From: a virus
Taxonomy: Duplodnaviria; Caudoviricetes
Direction: 5' to 3' (one strand)
DNA: 60,331 nt
IMG/VR virus record: IMGVR_UViG_3300025120_000050
Coordinates: 1-60,331 of that record
Shown in pieces: positions 38,796 through 46,430 of the stretch. The first letter of the stretch is position 1. Each line of letters opens with the position of its first letter. A model generated the notes under the pieces. It was not told the origin of the DNA. It ran no database searches and saw only the letters and a program-made list of their open reading frames with translations. The translations under genes and the position numbers were made by a program.

Positions 38796-38933
38796 GCTGC
38801 CTTAGATCACTAAAAGATCTAAGGTTTAAACAGGTTTATAACAATCTATTTGGGACAAATAAAACACTAATATACATTTAAAAAGACATTTATTAATGAA
38901 TTTCTATTTGTCCCACATAGAAAAGTATCATTA

Positions 38934-39134
38934 TTAGGTATTAAGTTGATCCCAAGTCATAGAACCATAGAGATCAATTACCTCTTCTTTTATATCAATC
39001 TCTTCCCAATCTTTGATGTTTTGTGTGATACCATCAACAGCAATATTAACCAGGGTATCCATATCCATACTATCTACAATCATCTCTGCATAACGTTGCT
39101 TTAGGAGATCAAGTTTAGAGTCAGAGGTAATCAT
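38934..39134 (-). CDS. Hypothetical early protein
   Basis: YAEMIVDSMDMDTL acidic helical small protein; ATGA overlap with the upstream gene. Confidence 0.75.
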   Translation of the reverse strand: MITSDSKLDLLKQRYAEMIVDSMDMDTLVNIAVDGITQNIKDWEEIDIKEEVIDLYGSMTWDQLNT

Positions 39135-39277
39135 TGGATTTCAGAAGATGGTGGTTGAAGTAATCTTTCTATAGTGTTATTCCTCTCTTGAATTGTTTCC
39201 ATTAGATTTGAATCTAATAGTTCAATGAGTAGATTAGCACTAAGAAGTACAAATAAAGAGATTAGAACAAGTCTCAT
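39131..39277 (-). CDS. Small membrane-anchored protein (48 aa)
   Basis: Manual: MRLVLISLFVLLSANLLIELLDSNLMETIQERNNTIERLLQPPSSEIQ. Confidence 0.65.
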   Translation of the reverse strand: MRLVLISLFVLLSANLLIELLDSNLMETIQERNNTIERLLQPPSSEIQ

Positions 39278-39289
39278 ACTGTGTGTTAC

Positions 39290-39403
39290 TTAAGGTTTAA
39301 AGAACTTAGAGAGTTTAAGTAATGAATTACTGATAAGTGTTCTAACCTTATTACTATTCCAACAAACATAAATGATGAATAGGAGGAAGAGAAGACTACA
39401 CAT
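39290..39403 (-). CDS. Small hydrophobic protein (37 aa)
   Basis: Manual: MCSLLFLLFIIYVCWNSNKVRTLISNSLLKLSKFFKP; fills the gap in the operon. Confidence 0.5.
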   Translation of the reverse strand: MCSLLFLLFIIYVCWNSNKVRTLISNSLLKLSKFFKP

Positions 39404-39408
39404 AATAA

Positions 39409-39501
39409 TCAATAGAGTGCTTCAATTGCTTCAAGGATGAGTAGAATATCATTACCATTCTCTGCATTTTCAAGAGCAATAAAGAGATCAGACTTAGACA
39501 T
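39409..39501 (-). CDS. Small protein (30 aa)
   Basis: Manual: MSKSDLFIALENAENGNDILLILEAIEALY. Confidence 0.55.
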   Translation of the reverse strand: MSKSDLFIALENAENGNDILLILEAIEALY

Positions 39502-39566
39502 TTAAAAGTGTTAGATAAGGTGTGTGATTAGTGGGTTTTAAGTCATCACTAGGACTATAAGATTAA

Positions 39567-39914
39567 CTAAGCAAAGATGAAACCATTAGTGAAATCATAG
39601 GTATTGAAGACTTTACTTTGTCCTGCCATTCCTACAAACTTATCAACATACCACTGAAAGTTCTTTTGAAATACTCTCTCTCCATCTATACAAAATTCAG
39701 AGCAAAGTGCATTTAGTCTGCTCTTTGTTGTAGTAGTCTGCCAACCACCATCAAAGATTGTCATAGAGTTATCATCAATCTCAGCAATCTTGTTGCCATG
39801 GAGACGTACAATAGAGATGTTTTCTTCCTCATTAAAGTGAACAGTTGTGTTTGAATTAGACCAGTTTTGATTGTTGTGAATAGCAGCAATCATTTGGGAT
39901 TCAATCTTACGCAT
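39567..39914 (-). CDS. Hypothetical early protein
   Basis: MRKIE..V.LHGNKIA..GGWQT.TTKSRLNAL..VFQKNF.W. Confidence 0.85.
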   Translation of the reverse strand: MRKIESQMIAAIHNNQNWSNSNTTVHFNEEENISIVRLHGNKIAEIDDNSMTIFDGGWQTTTTKSRLNALCSEFCIDGERVFQKNFQWYVDKFVGMAGQSKVFNTYDFTNGFIFA

Positions 39915-39955
39915 GAGAAAAAGTGATGAAGAAAAGTGTAAAGAAGTAGAAAGAA

Positions 39956-40063
39956 TTAACGCAGAGTCAGATAACCATGCTCAACAAACAAGTCAATCAA
40001 CTTTACACATTGGTTGCCTGTTTCCATTCTGGAGAAGTGAAATAGAAGGTCTGAGAATTTCAT
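39956..40063 (-). CDS. Small protein (35 aa)
   Basis: Start revised to ATG 40063 because the track's extension runs through the promoter. Confidence 0.5.
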   Translation of the reverse strand: MKFSDLLFHFSRMETGNQCVKLIDLFVEHGYLTLR

Positions 40064-40121
40064 TTTAAAAAGAGTGAAAGAGTGAAAGTTTTGTGATGGG
40101 TGCTGTCCCCTCCACTCATCT

Positions 40122-40215
40122 AATATGACATATCTGAAAATTTGGGGTAGTTCACCATGATACAAAACTCAGAAAGAAAACCTTAAGGTTGCTTGTGACA
40201 GTTGACCAACTGGTT
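40122..40215 (-). promoter_or_regulatory. NtcA-type promoter module, copy 1
   Basis: GTATCATGGTGAAC (GTA-N8-AAC, 40163-40150), 22 nt, TGtCATATT; upstream AACCTTAAGGTT palindrome and CAGTT..AACTG element. Confidence 0.6.
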
Positions 40216-40221
40216 TCTTGT

Positions 40222-40467
40222 TTATAACTTTCCACTTACAAATGAATCTCCCACAACATAACTGTAATCATCTAATGTTCCATCTTGTTCACACTTAAGA
40301 TGCCATCTTGTCATATCTACAACATCTTTTTTCTGTAATCCTGTTAACATCTTTCTACCTTCTTTTGTCATGGTAGAATGTAAACCATACCTAGTCTTCC
40401 AAACATAGAATACTTCATCAATTAATTCTGACCCCTCTGGTACATTTACTTTTGAGTCTATTGTCAT
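40222..40467 (-). CDS. Hypothetical early protein
   Basis: ORF track frame; start at MTIDSK; ends V.GKL. Confidence 0.75.
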   Translation of the reverse strand: MTIDSKVNVPEGSELIDEVFYVWKTRYGLHSTMTKEGRKMLTGLQKKDVVDMTRWHLKCEQDGTLDDYSYVVGDSFVSGKL

Positions 40468-40468
40468 A

Positions 40469-40651
40469 TTAATGACCATTAGTGTAATCTCCTAAGAGTT
40501 GATAATGTCCTTTGACATTGTAATATCCAACCTCTGCATATCCATACTCTTCAGAGAGATTAAAACAGAGATCCCATGCCCTATCAAGATCATTGAAACA
40601 ATCAGTATTTTCATAAGGATCAGATGGACATTTGACAAGATAGTGAGTCAT
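40469..40651 (-). CDS. Hypothetical early protein
   Basis: CPSDPYEN..LDRAWDLCFNLSEEYGYAEV. Confidence 0.75.
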   Translation of the reverse strand: MTHYLVKCPSDPYENTDCFNDLDRAWDLCFNLSEEYGYAEVGYYNVKGHYQLLGDYTNGH

Positions 40652-40657
40652 CTTTAA

Positions 40658-40870
40658 TCAACCTCCAAACATTTGATCAAATAACTGTTGTGAACTCACC
40701 TTTAATTCTTCCCTGTGTTCTTGACACCATCTCTCATGATCTTCCATTCTTTTGATAGCTAAATCACGAGGTAATCCTTCGTGCATAATGATATTACCAT
40801 TTGGAAGTTTGTGTGGATACATCATAGATTTGCGAATTGTGAGGTTAGAAAGTTGTTGAATTGGATTCAT
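40658..40870 (-). CDS. Hypothetical early protein
   Basis: Tightly packed minus-strand ORF. Confidence 0.7.
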   Translation of the reverse strand: MNPIQQLSNLTIRKSMMYPHKLPNGNIIMHEGLPRDLAIKRMEDHERWCQEHREELKVSSQQLFDQMFGG

Positions 40871-41085
40871 TAGTTGATTGCCTCAGAATATACATCATAG
40901 AAGAAATCCCATGCCAATAAATCAGCAACAAAGGGTTCTGATTGATCTGCTACCCAATCATATGCCATATCAATATCAGCACCTGTTTCTAATACAAATG
41001 ACTGTAAACCTTGCATTGCAGAGATAAATTTTTCATCATTCATGATGCCTTTGAATCTCATACTCATGTTTTGTGTTTTGTTCAT
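40870..41085 (-). CDS. Hypothetical early protein
   Basis: ATG 6 nt downstream of a CATACT -10 box. Confidence 0.7.
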   Translation of the reverse strand: MNKTQNMSMRFKGIMNDEKFISAMQGLQSFVLETGADIDMAYDWVADQSEPFVADLLAWDFFYDVYSEAIN

Positions 41086-41091
41086 ACTGAT

Positions 41092-41185
41092 AGTATGGCA
41101 GAGATCACAGGATTTCGTAGTTCACCGTGATACAAAACTCAGGAAGAAAACCTTAAGGTTGCTTGTGACAATTTTTTGACTGGTT
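41092..41185 (-). promoter_or_regulatory. NtcA-type promoter module, copy 2
   Basis: GTATCACGGTGAAC (41133-41120), 22 nt, TGcCATACT; 41117-41170 matches 40147-40200 at 52/54 nt. Confidence 0.6.
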
Positions 41186-41337
41186 TGCTTTGGTTGGTGG
41201 TATGCTGTCTCATCCCTCCTTTGTCATCTTGAGAACCCTGACCACCACTAGAGTCAAAACTTCTTTTTTTCATAATTCTATCAGGGATGAGGGTTAGATC
41301 ATCTCCTGCATCTAAATTATGCAAAAAACACTAAGTA

Positions 41338-41541
41338 TCATTCATAGCAATTAAAAAACATGTGATCAGTATTAAGAATTGGATGTGCTTCTCCAGTCCA
41401 TGCTATATTGAATCCCTTGTAATTATCATCCCCTGTGCATACAGTTGCTGTCTGGTCTAAGTAATGCTCAGGCAACTCATTTAGAATCTCTTTCAACTCC
41501 CTATAAGTTGCCCTGTTCCAATCTGCTTTTGGGAGATACAT
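41338..41541 (-). CDS. Hypothetical early protein
   Basis: TYRELKEILNELPEHYLDQTATV. Confidence 0.7.
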   Translation of the reverse strand: MYLPKADWNRATYRELKEILNELPEHYLDQTATVCTGDDNYKGFNIAWTGEAHPILNTDHMFFNCYE

Positions 41542-41542
41542 T

Positions 41543-41824
41543 TTAGACTAACTCCTGTTGTTGTTGCATAAGTTGCTCCTCTGTAGCCTCATCCACACAG
41601 TCTTGAATCATTGTGTAGATGTAATCAATGTTGCCTACATCATCAAAGATACGTGCAACAAGTGCAGGGTCATTTACCTCAATATCATAATCAACCTCAC
41701 CATTTTCATCCTTCATATGAATATCTTCCTTGGTGTAAATCCATGCGCCACATTCTGCATCTTCTCCCTGTTCTTTGATCATAGATGATACTCTGTCTTG
41801 AAGTTGCTTGAGAGTGTAATTCAT
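41543..41824 (-). CDS. Hypothetical acidic early protein
   Basis: ORF track; tight packing. Confidence 0.75.
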   Translation of the reverse strand: MNYTLKQLQDRVSSMIKEQGEDAECGAWIYTKEDIHMKDENGEVDYDIEVNDPALVARIFDDVGNIDYIYTMIQDCVDEATEEQLMQQQQELV

Positions 41825-41866
41825 TTGTGTTTGTGATTGAAGATAGGGAAATCAGTTGGCATGATG

Positions 41867-42034
41867 TTAGTTGAGTTCGACGATTTCAGTGTTAAGAACC
41901 TCACCATAAATCACCTCTGATTCATGTAACATAAAGTCCATAGATTCGAGTGCTGTTTTTGCTTCTTCTTCAGTATCAAATTCATATGAAGTTGTGATTT
42001 GTTCAGTGACGTGGATTGCAAAAACCGATGCCAT
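41867..42034 (-). CDS. Small acidic protein (55 aa)
   Basis: Manual: MASVFAIHVTEQITTSYEFDTEEEAKTALESMDF...TEIVELN. Confidence 0.65.
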   Translation of the reverse strand: MASVFAIHVTEQITTSYEFDTEEEAKTALESMDFMLHESEVIYGEVLNTEIVELN

Positions 42035-42064
42035 TGTTTGAGTTTGAAGAGTGTGAGTTAAGAG

Positions 42065-42232
42065 TTAGAATACGTTAGTCCATGCCTGATGCTTTGCAGC
42101 ACTAATCCTACCATCTTTGAGTAATCCATCACACACTTGACAGAATACTTCAAATTTCTCCAATCTTGTCAGATTAGAATCAATTTTTTTTGAAGTTTCA
42201 CCTACAACTTTGAGCAATTGTGTTTTGAGCAT
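42065..42232 (-). CDS. Small protein (55 aa), similar to 43399-43572
   Basis: Manual: MLKTQLLKVV...FCQVCDGLLKDGRISAAKHQAWTNVF. Confidence 0.7.
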   Translation of the reverse strand: MLKTQLLKVVGETSKKIDSNLTRLEKFEVFCQVCDGLLKDGRISAAKHQAWTNVF

Positions 42233-42278
42233 GATGTTAGATAGTGTTAGTTGGCAGATGTTAAGTTGATCTTTGATA

Positions 42279-42548
42279 TCATAGTTCCTCCATCATTTCA
42301 TCAAGTTCAACTAAGTTAAGATTAACATCATCCCACTTTACTCCATCTAAAGTTGTAGCACCTTCCTCAAAATTACGACTAACAAAATCTTGATAAGAAT
42401 AAGAACGACGGGCTAAGTTATACAAACCTTCATCATTTTGAATCCAAAGTGATACATTCCAGGTCTCATAATTTTCCCAACCATTATACGTGGTGTCTTC
42501 AATTGTGGTTTGAAAAGTTGAGTTAGTCATGGTTGCTTTGTTTTCCAT
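42279..42548 (-). CDS. Hypothetical early protein
   Basis: YNGWENYETWNVSLWIQNDEGLY motif; start moved downstream of the promoter (ATG 42548, alternative 42530). Confidence 0.8.
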   Translation of the reverse strand: MENKATMTNSTFQTTIEDTTYNGWENYETWNVSLWIQNDEGLYNLARRSYSYQDFVSRNFEEGATTLDGVKWDDVNLNLVELDEMMEEL

Positions 42549-42554
42549 ACTGTT

Positions 42555-42611
42555 AGTATGGCACAGAATCAAGGACTTTAGGGGGAATGGTGGACAGTTC
42601 CACAACTGGTT
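42555..42611 (-). promoter_or_regulatory. Early promoter module (palindrome plus extended -10)
   Basis: AACCAGTT..AACTGTCCAC, 29 nt, TGcCATACT. Confidence 0.75.
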
Positions 42612-42620
42612 TATTTCTCT

Positions 42621-42800
42621 TTACTTAGTAGCATAAGTTTGAGCAATTGCATCAGTTTTGAATCTTCTGCATAACTTAAACAACAGTTTTAAATCATCCT
42701 TGATTACATATCTGAATGAAGATGATTCAATGATAAAGTGATCATCTTCCAACCATACTTGTGGAAGTTTCTTCTTATGAATTGGAAAATCAACTGGCAT
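42621..42800 (-). CDS. Small protein (59 aa)
   Basis: Manual: MPVDFPIHKKKLPQVWLEDDHFIIESSSFRYVIKDDLKLLFKLCRRFK... Confidence 0.65.
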   Translation of the reverse strand: MPVDFPIHKKKLPQVWLEDDHFIIESSSFRYVIKDDLKLLFKLCRRFKTDAIAQTYATK

Positions 42801-42804
42801 GATG

Positions 42805-43026
42805 TTAATAAGAAATTGATAGTAATTTAGTGGATGATATAATTAACAAGAATGCCAACATGATTACCACATCCCATGATTTTGTTCTGATGAAAAATGG
42901 CACAGAAATAAAATCACCAACAAACTGCATAATCACTCCTAATGATAGATTCACATGAAGAATGATAAAATATGCAGTGACTATAAGACATGATCCAATA
43001 ATCCTAGCAAGTGTATCAATCTTCAT
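42805..43026 (-). CDS. Small multi-pass membrane protein
   Basis: Two to three hydrophobic segments; PFFIRTKSWDVVIM. Confidence 0.75.
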   Translation of the reverse strand: MKIDTLARIIGSCLIVTAYFIILHVNLSLGVIMQFVGDFISVPFFIRTKSWDVVIMLAFLLIISSTKLLSISY

Positions 43027-43367
43027 CGTACATAGAGGAATGAACCATAAGGATCTACCATTTCAGGATACATCACAAGTTGATCAATCCAGAACCTAAT
43101 ACCTTTTGCAGGTGCTTTATATGATGCTGGTTTGTAACATGCACCAGTCTCTTTGTCAATGAACATGAACACACCATTGTTTGAAAAACTGTTATCAGCA
43201 TGAACCCTGAATTGATTCACCTTGATATACTTTTTACCTACACTATATTCTAACTTATTGTATGTGCTATTAGAAGATTCAATAGCAGCAACTTTCCATT
43301 CATTGTTAACAACCTCAAGTAAACCTTGAGTTTGAAATTCAGTTTTAGATTGAGTGATTGTTGTCAT
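43023..43367 (-). CDS. Hypothetical early protein
   Basis: GKKYIKV..FIDKETG..YKPASYKAPAKGIRF..D.YGSFLY; start revised to MTTITQ. Confidence 0.8.
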   Translation of the reverse strand: MTTITQSKTEFQTQGLLEVVNNEWKVAAIESSNSTYNKLEYSVGKKYIKVNQFRVHADNSFSNNGVFMFIDKETGACYKPASYKAPAKGIRFWIDQLVMYPEMVDPYGSFLYVR

Positions 43368-43398
43368 GATGATAATAAAAAAATTTGTAAAGATTGAA

Positions 43399-43572
43399 TC
43401 AGAAAGGGTTAGTCCAAGACTCATACTTTTTCATGGTGATATATCCCTCTCTACAAAGTTCATCAGTGAATATACCCCATGCCTCACGTTTGGCAACAGA
43501 ATCTGTTGATCCACCTACCTTCCAATTGTATTTGAATTGTTGAAGTGCTTGTGCTTTGGTGGTTGATCGCAT
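43399..43572 (-). CDS. Small protein (57 aa), similar to 42065-42232
   Basis: Manual: MRSTTKAQALQQF...WGIFTDELCREGYITMKKYESWTNPF. Confidence 0.75.
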   Translation of the reverse strand: MRSTTKAQALQQFKYNWKVGGSTDSVAKREAWGIFTDELCREGYITMKKYESWTNPF

Positions 43573-43597
43573 CAGGTTGAATTCCTTTGACTCTTCT

Positions 43598-43655
43598 AAT
43601 ATACATGATTTTGATGCCTTGTGGGGAAATAGTGGACACTAAGTCAACTGGCACA
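43598..43655 (-). promoter_or_regulatory. Early promoter module
   Basis: TGTGCCAGTT..TAGTGTCCAC, 28 nt, TATATT. Confidence 0.7.
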
Positions 43656-44288
43656 ACCCACTAAGTAACCCATTGCAAAGAATTCTAGATTCTTTTTAGC
43701 ATTTCTTGTCTTTGATTTGAGTATCTTAATTGCTAGTTTCTCTTTATCACTTTTGCGTTTTATATCACATTCTTTATCAATAATTGACTGGATGCTATCA
43801 ATCATTTTCTCATATTTGACTTTTTCTGATTCACACTGACAAATGATTATTGCTTTCTTTAAGTTATAGATGCTTTCTTTCTGTTGCACATATGTTTTTG
43901 CAGGAATCTGTTTATTTACAATCTCTCTCAGTTCTTCTATGCTCTTATTAGTTACAACTTCACACTCTCCATTAATTATATCAATATTATTGAAATAATT
44001 GCACATTTCAGGTAGAATTTCATCTTCAAATTGTTGAGAATTAAATTCAAACCATTCACCAGATGTAGAAAACTTTTTATATTTTTTATGAAAATATACC
44101 TCATGCTTTTGTGCTTCCTTACCAGCATTAAATGCTGCAATTAAATGTATCTTACCAGGATTTCCAGTTTGAACACCTTTGATGCGATCATTAACATTGT
44201 TGCTGATACCAATTTTCACATTCATTGTTTTAGTGATACCTCTGATCTCAGAGAACATCACATAAACTTGGGTAGTAGTTTGCATCAA
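43644..44288 (-). CDS. GIY-YIG superfamily (T5orf172/MUG113-like) nuclease
   Basis: VYVM..VKIGISNNVNDRIKGVQTGNP..HE..FH..GEWFEF. Confidence 0.8.
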   Translation of the reverse strand: MMQTTTQVYVMFSEIRGITKTMNVKIGISNNVNDRIKGVQTGNPGKIHLIAAFNAGKEAQKHEVYFHKKYKKFSTSGEWFEFNSQQFEDEILPEMCNYFNNIDIINGECEVVTNKSIEELREIVNKQIPAKTYVQQKESIYNLKKAIIICQCESEKVKYEKMIDSIQSIIDKECDIKRKSDKEKLAIKILKSKTRNAKKNLEFFAMGYLVGCAS

Positions 44289-44626
44289 TTAGAAGAAATG
44301 AATTGATTGTAAAGTACAGTTTCCATATGATATGCTTGATCTTCTCTTACATTATCACTTGCAATTCCTTGCTCATTTTGAACAACATGAACTAATTCAT
44401 GCAGTAATGTTGTAATATAATCTTTCTTATTCAATTTGTTATGTATTTGAATAAATTGCTCTTCACCATTAACCTCAGTGAATCCAAAAGCATTATCATC
44501 ACTTAAATTAGTGTGAAATACTTCTACATCACTATTGATAATATATTTGGATGTAAAGAAATCAAAAACATCATTAGCAACATTTATGTGAGGAGATTTG
44601 CCAGAAGTAAAAAACATTTGACTCAT
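44285..44626 (-). CDS. Small HExxH zinc metallopeptidase-like protein
   Basis: TLLHELVHVVQ..E..AY..E. Confidence 0.75.
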   Translation of the reverse strand: MSQMFFTSGKSPHINVANDVFDFFTSKYIINSDVEVFHTNLSDDNAFGFTEVNGEEQFIQIHNKLNKKDYITTLLHELVHVVQNEQGIASDNVREDQAYHMETVLYNQFISSN

Positions 44627-44832
44627 GGATTGTTACCATCATCTTTCTTTTTTTCAATCCTAGGACCAACCCAGACCATGCCATTTTCTTTCCAATATGT
44701 AACAAATGCCCTGCGTAGTTCTAGCAGTTCATCATACCTTGATTTTTGCTCTTTAGTGAAGGTAAAGTTTTGATTTTTCAAAACTTTCTTCATTTCATTT
44801 AGTTCAGTGAGAACAGCAGAAGAATTGTTCAT
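44623..44832 (-). CDS. Hypothetical early protein
   Basis: Start revised to MNNSSAV. Confidence 0.7.
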   Translation of the reverse strand: MNNSSAVLTELNEMKKVLKNQNFTFTKEQKSRYDELLELRRAFVTYWKENGMVWVGPRIEKKKDDGNNP

Positions 44833-44839
44833 GATTATT

Positions 44840-45058
44840 TTAGTTAGTGGGGAAGTTTTTGACAACTGCATCACATAAGATGCGAATTAAATCTTCCATA
44901 TCATTTTCATTAATTTTATCATCCAAAAATTGTGAAGTTACAATACAATCAATGTCCTCCATTAGTTGTTCTCTTTGTGATAACATTTGCATCATTTCAA
45001 GTTGATTGTTTATTTCAAGAGTGTGAAAATAGGATTTAATTAGTGACATAATCACCAA
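44840..45058 (-). CDS. Hypothetical early protein (start uncertain)
   Basis: REQLMEDIDCI..LCDAVVKNFP. Confidence 0.7.
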   Translation of the reverse strand: MVIMSLIKSYFHTLEINNQLEMMQMLSQREQLMEDIDCIVTSQFLDDKINENDMEDLIRILCDAVVKNFPTN

Positions 45059-45306
45059 CGAGTTTGAATCAGTGCAGAGTTGAAAAGTTGTGGTTCTGTG
45101 TGCATATCAGTCACTTCATAGTTGTAACCATAAACACGATTATCAACCTCTTTTTTAAATGATTCTGTGTTAATATATGACTTAGATTGCATGTCATTAG
45201 CAAATGTAACTGTCTTATACATTAGACGCTCACTAATACTTCCATCAGCATATTTGACAGGGTAGAAATCAACAACCATGTTTCCATGTTGTGCTGTGAG
45301 TTGCAT
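45052..45306 (-). CDS. Hypothetical early protein
   Basis: First gene after a promoter module. Confidence 0.75.
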   Translation of the reverse strand: MQLTAQHGNMVVDFYPVKYADGSISERLMYKTVTFANDMQSKSYINTESFKKEVDNRVYGYNYEVTDMHTEPQLFNSALIQTRW

Positions 45307-45334
45307 GTGAAAGGTGTGTTTCTTTGACTCTTAT

Positions 45335-45390
45335 AGTATGGCACCCTATGGGGTAGAAATCAAGTCAGGTTGTGCCACTTCCTGAACTGG
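45335..45390 (-). promoter_or_regulatory. Early promoter module
   Basis: CCAGTTCAGGAAGTGGCACA, then TTGATT, 17 nt, TGcCATACT. Confidence 0.75.
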
Positions 45391-45470
45391 TTTTTCTGGT
45401 GCTGCTATGTTATACAAAAACATGGTAGAAGTTCCCATAAAAATGAAAAATATGAATTTTAAAATTTTCA

Positions 45471-46364
45471 TTAGTCAGTCCTCCTGAATCTTCCTTGTGT
45501 CATGTTAGCATGACTGAAAACAGTTCTATCAACCAACTTCATCATTCCATAGTCATTACTAATAACAAACCCCTCACCTTTACACTTCAAACCACATGGA
45601 AGAAAAGAATTTGGAGCATCATGAACTATAAGACTATCCAATAGATCTTCTTTCATTTCAATCACCATCTGATAGATATTGACCAGATAGATGCAACCAA
45701 GCACATCAAGTAGTTCACTATCAGTAAGATCAACACCATCACGAATCAAGGCATTGATTTTAATCTTAGCAGCAGATGCTTCCTTATCTGTCATGAACTG
45801 GATACTTTTTGTATCAATATCAGTCATATCAAATACTGAAGAGATTCTGTCTACACTAGGTTGCACCCATTTGATGATAGCAGTATCATTGAAATACTCT
45901 TTGAGAGGATGTGCTTCTGCCTCCCACATTTCACCCTTGATAGTGTATTCAGTGTGAGGAGCAATGATGATCTTTTGCATCACCTTCTCATTGAATTCAT
46001 ACACTAAAGTGTTAGGTTTCACAAACTCAGTGCGACCAAAACCCATCCAATCTCCCTGATAAACCTTATCAGTTCTAGGGATGTATTTGAAGCAATAACT
46101 AAGAATCTCAAACACATTCATCTGATGACCAAAGTGATCAAAAATATCATCTATGCTATAACATAGTTTGATCTTTTTCTTGTTGAATGCACTTTTGGTA
46201 CAAACAAAAAACTTACCATTGTTTGGATTAGTACCCCACACAATAGCAGGAGCACCATCAATTTTCATGCTGATGTGAGAATCAGAATCATACATTGCTC
46301 TGATAGCGTCAAGATCTCCAGTGAGAATAAGATCTTCAGGATGTTCAAGGTGTGTGTTTTTCAT
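45471..46364 (-). CDS. DUF6267-like protein (ligase-type nucleotidyltransferase motifs)
   Basis: MKNTHLEHPED, K[I]DGAPAIVWG, YQGD, PNT..Y, EGFV, KLVDR..FS.AN. Confidence 0.75.
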   Translation of the reverse strand: MKNTHLEHPEDLILTGDLDAIRAMYDSDSHISMKIDGAPAIVWGTNPNNGKFFVCTKSAFNKKKIKLCYSIDDIFDHFGHQMNVFEILSYCFKYIPRTDKVYQGDWMGFGRTEFVKPNTLVYEFNEKVMQKIIIAPHTEYTIKGEMWEAEAHPLKEYFNDTAIIKWVQPSVDRISSVFDMTDIDTKSIQFMTDKEASAAKIKINALIRDGVDLTDSELLDVLGCIYLVNIYQMVIEMKEDLLDSLIVHDAPNSFLPCGLKCKGEGFVISNDYGMMKLVDRTVFSHANMTQGRFRRTD

Positions 46365-46370
46365 ACTGTT

Positions 46371-46430
46371 AGTATGTCGCAGAATAGAGTAAAAGTCAAG
46401 GGATAGTGGACACTTCTATCAACTGTCACA
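46371..46430 (-). promoter_or_regulatory. Early promoter module
   Basis: TGTGACAGTT..AAGTGTCCAC, 6 nt, TTGACT, 17 nt, CATACT. Confidence 0.8.

Larger units (their letters stand above)
38417..38923. repeat. Array of about 12 quasi-palindromic 13-17 bp iteron/operator-like repeats
   Basis: Consensus (CT)AT(G/T)TG-GGA/TCC-CA(C/A/T)AT(AG); centres at about 38429, 38450, 38506, 38529, 38563, 38611 (degenerate), 38654, 38685, 38729, 38749, 38854 and 38912, in both orientations. Confidence 0.92.

Noticed and set aside
38417-38923. Repeat cluster as a CRISPR or mini-CRISPR array
   Set aside because: Repeats are only 13-17 bp, in both orientations, with irregular spacing (20-105 bp), and there are no cas genes in the window.
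40147-40163. Perfect NtcA box GTA..TAC using the outer GTA
   Set aside because: That spacing is 11 nt, not 8; only the one-mismatch GTA-N8-AAC reading fits, so confidence is moderate.
41139-41324. 61-aa ORF
   Set aside because: Low complexity and runs into the 54-bp regulatory repeat. A shorter version (from 41273) is possible but unsupported.
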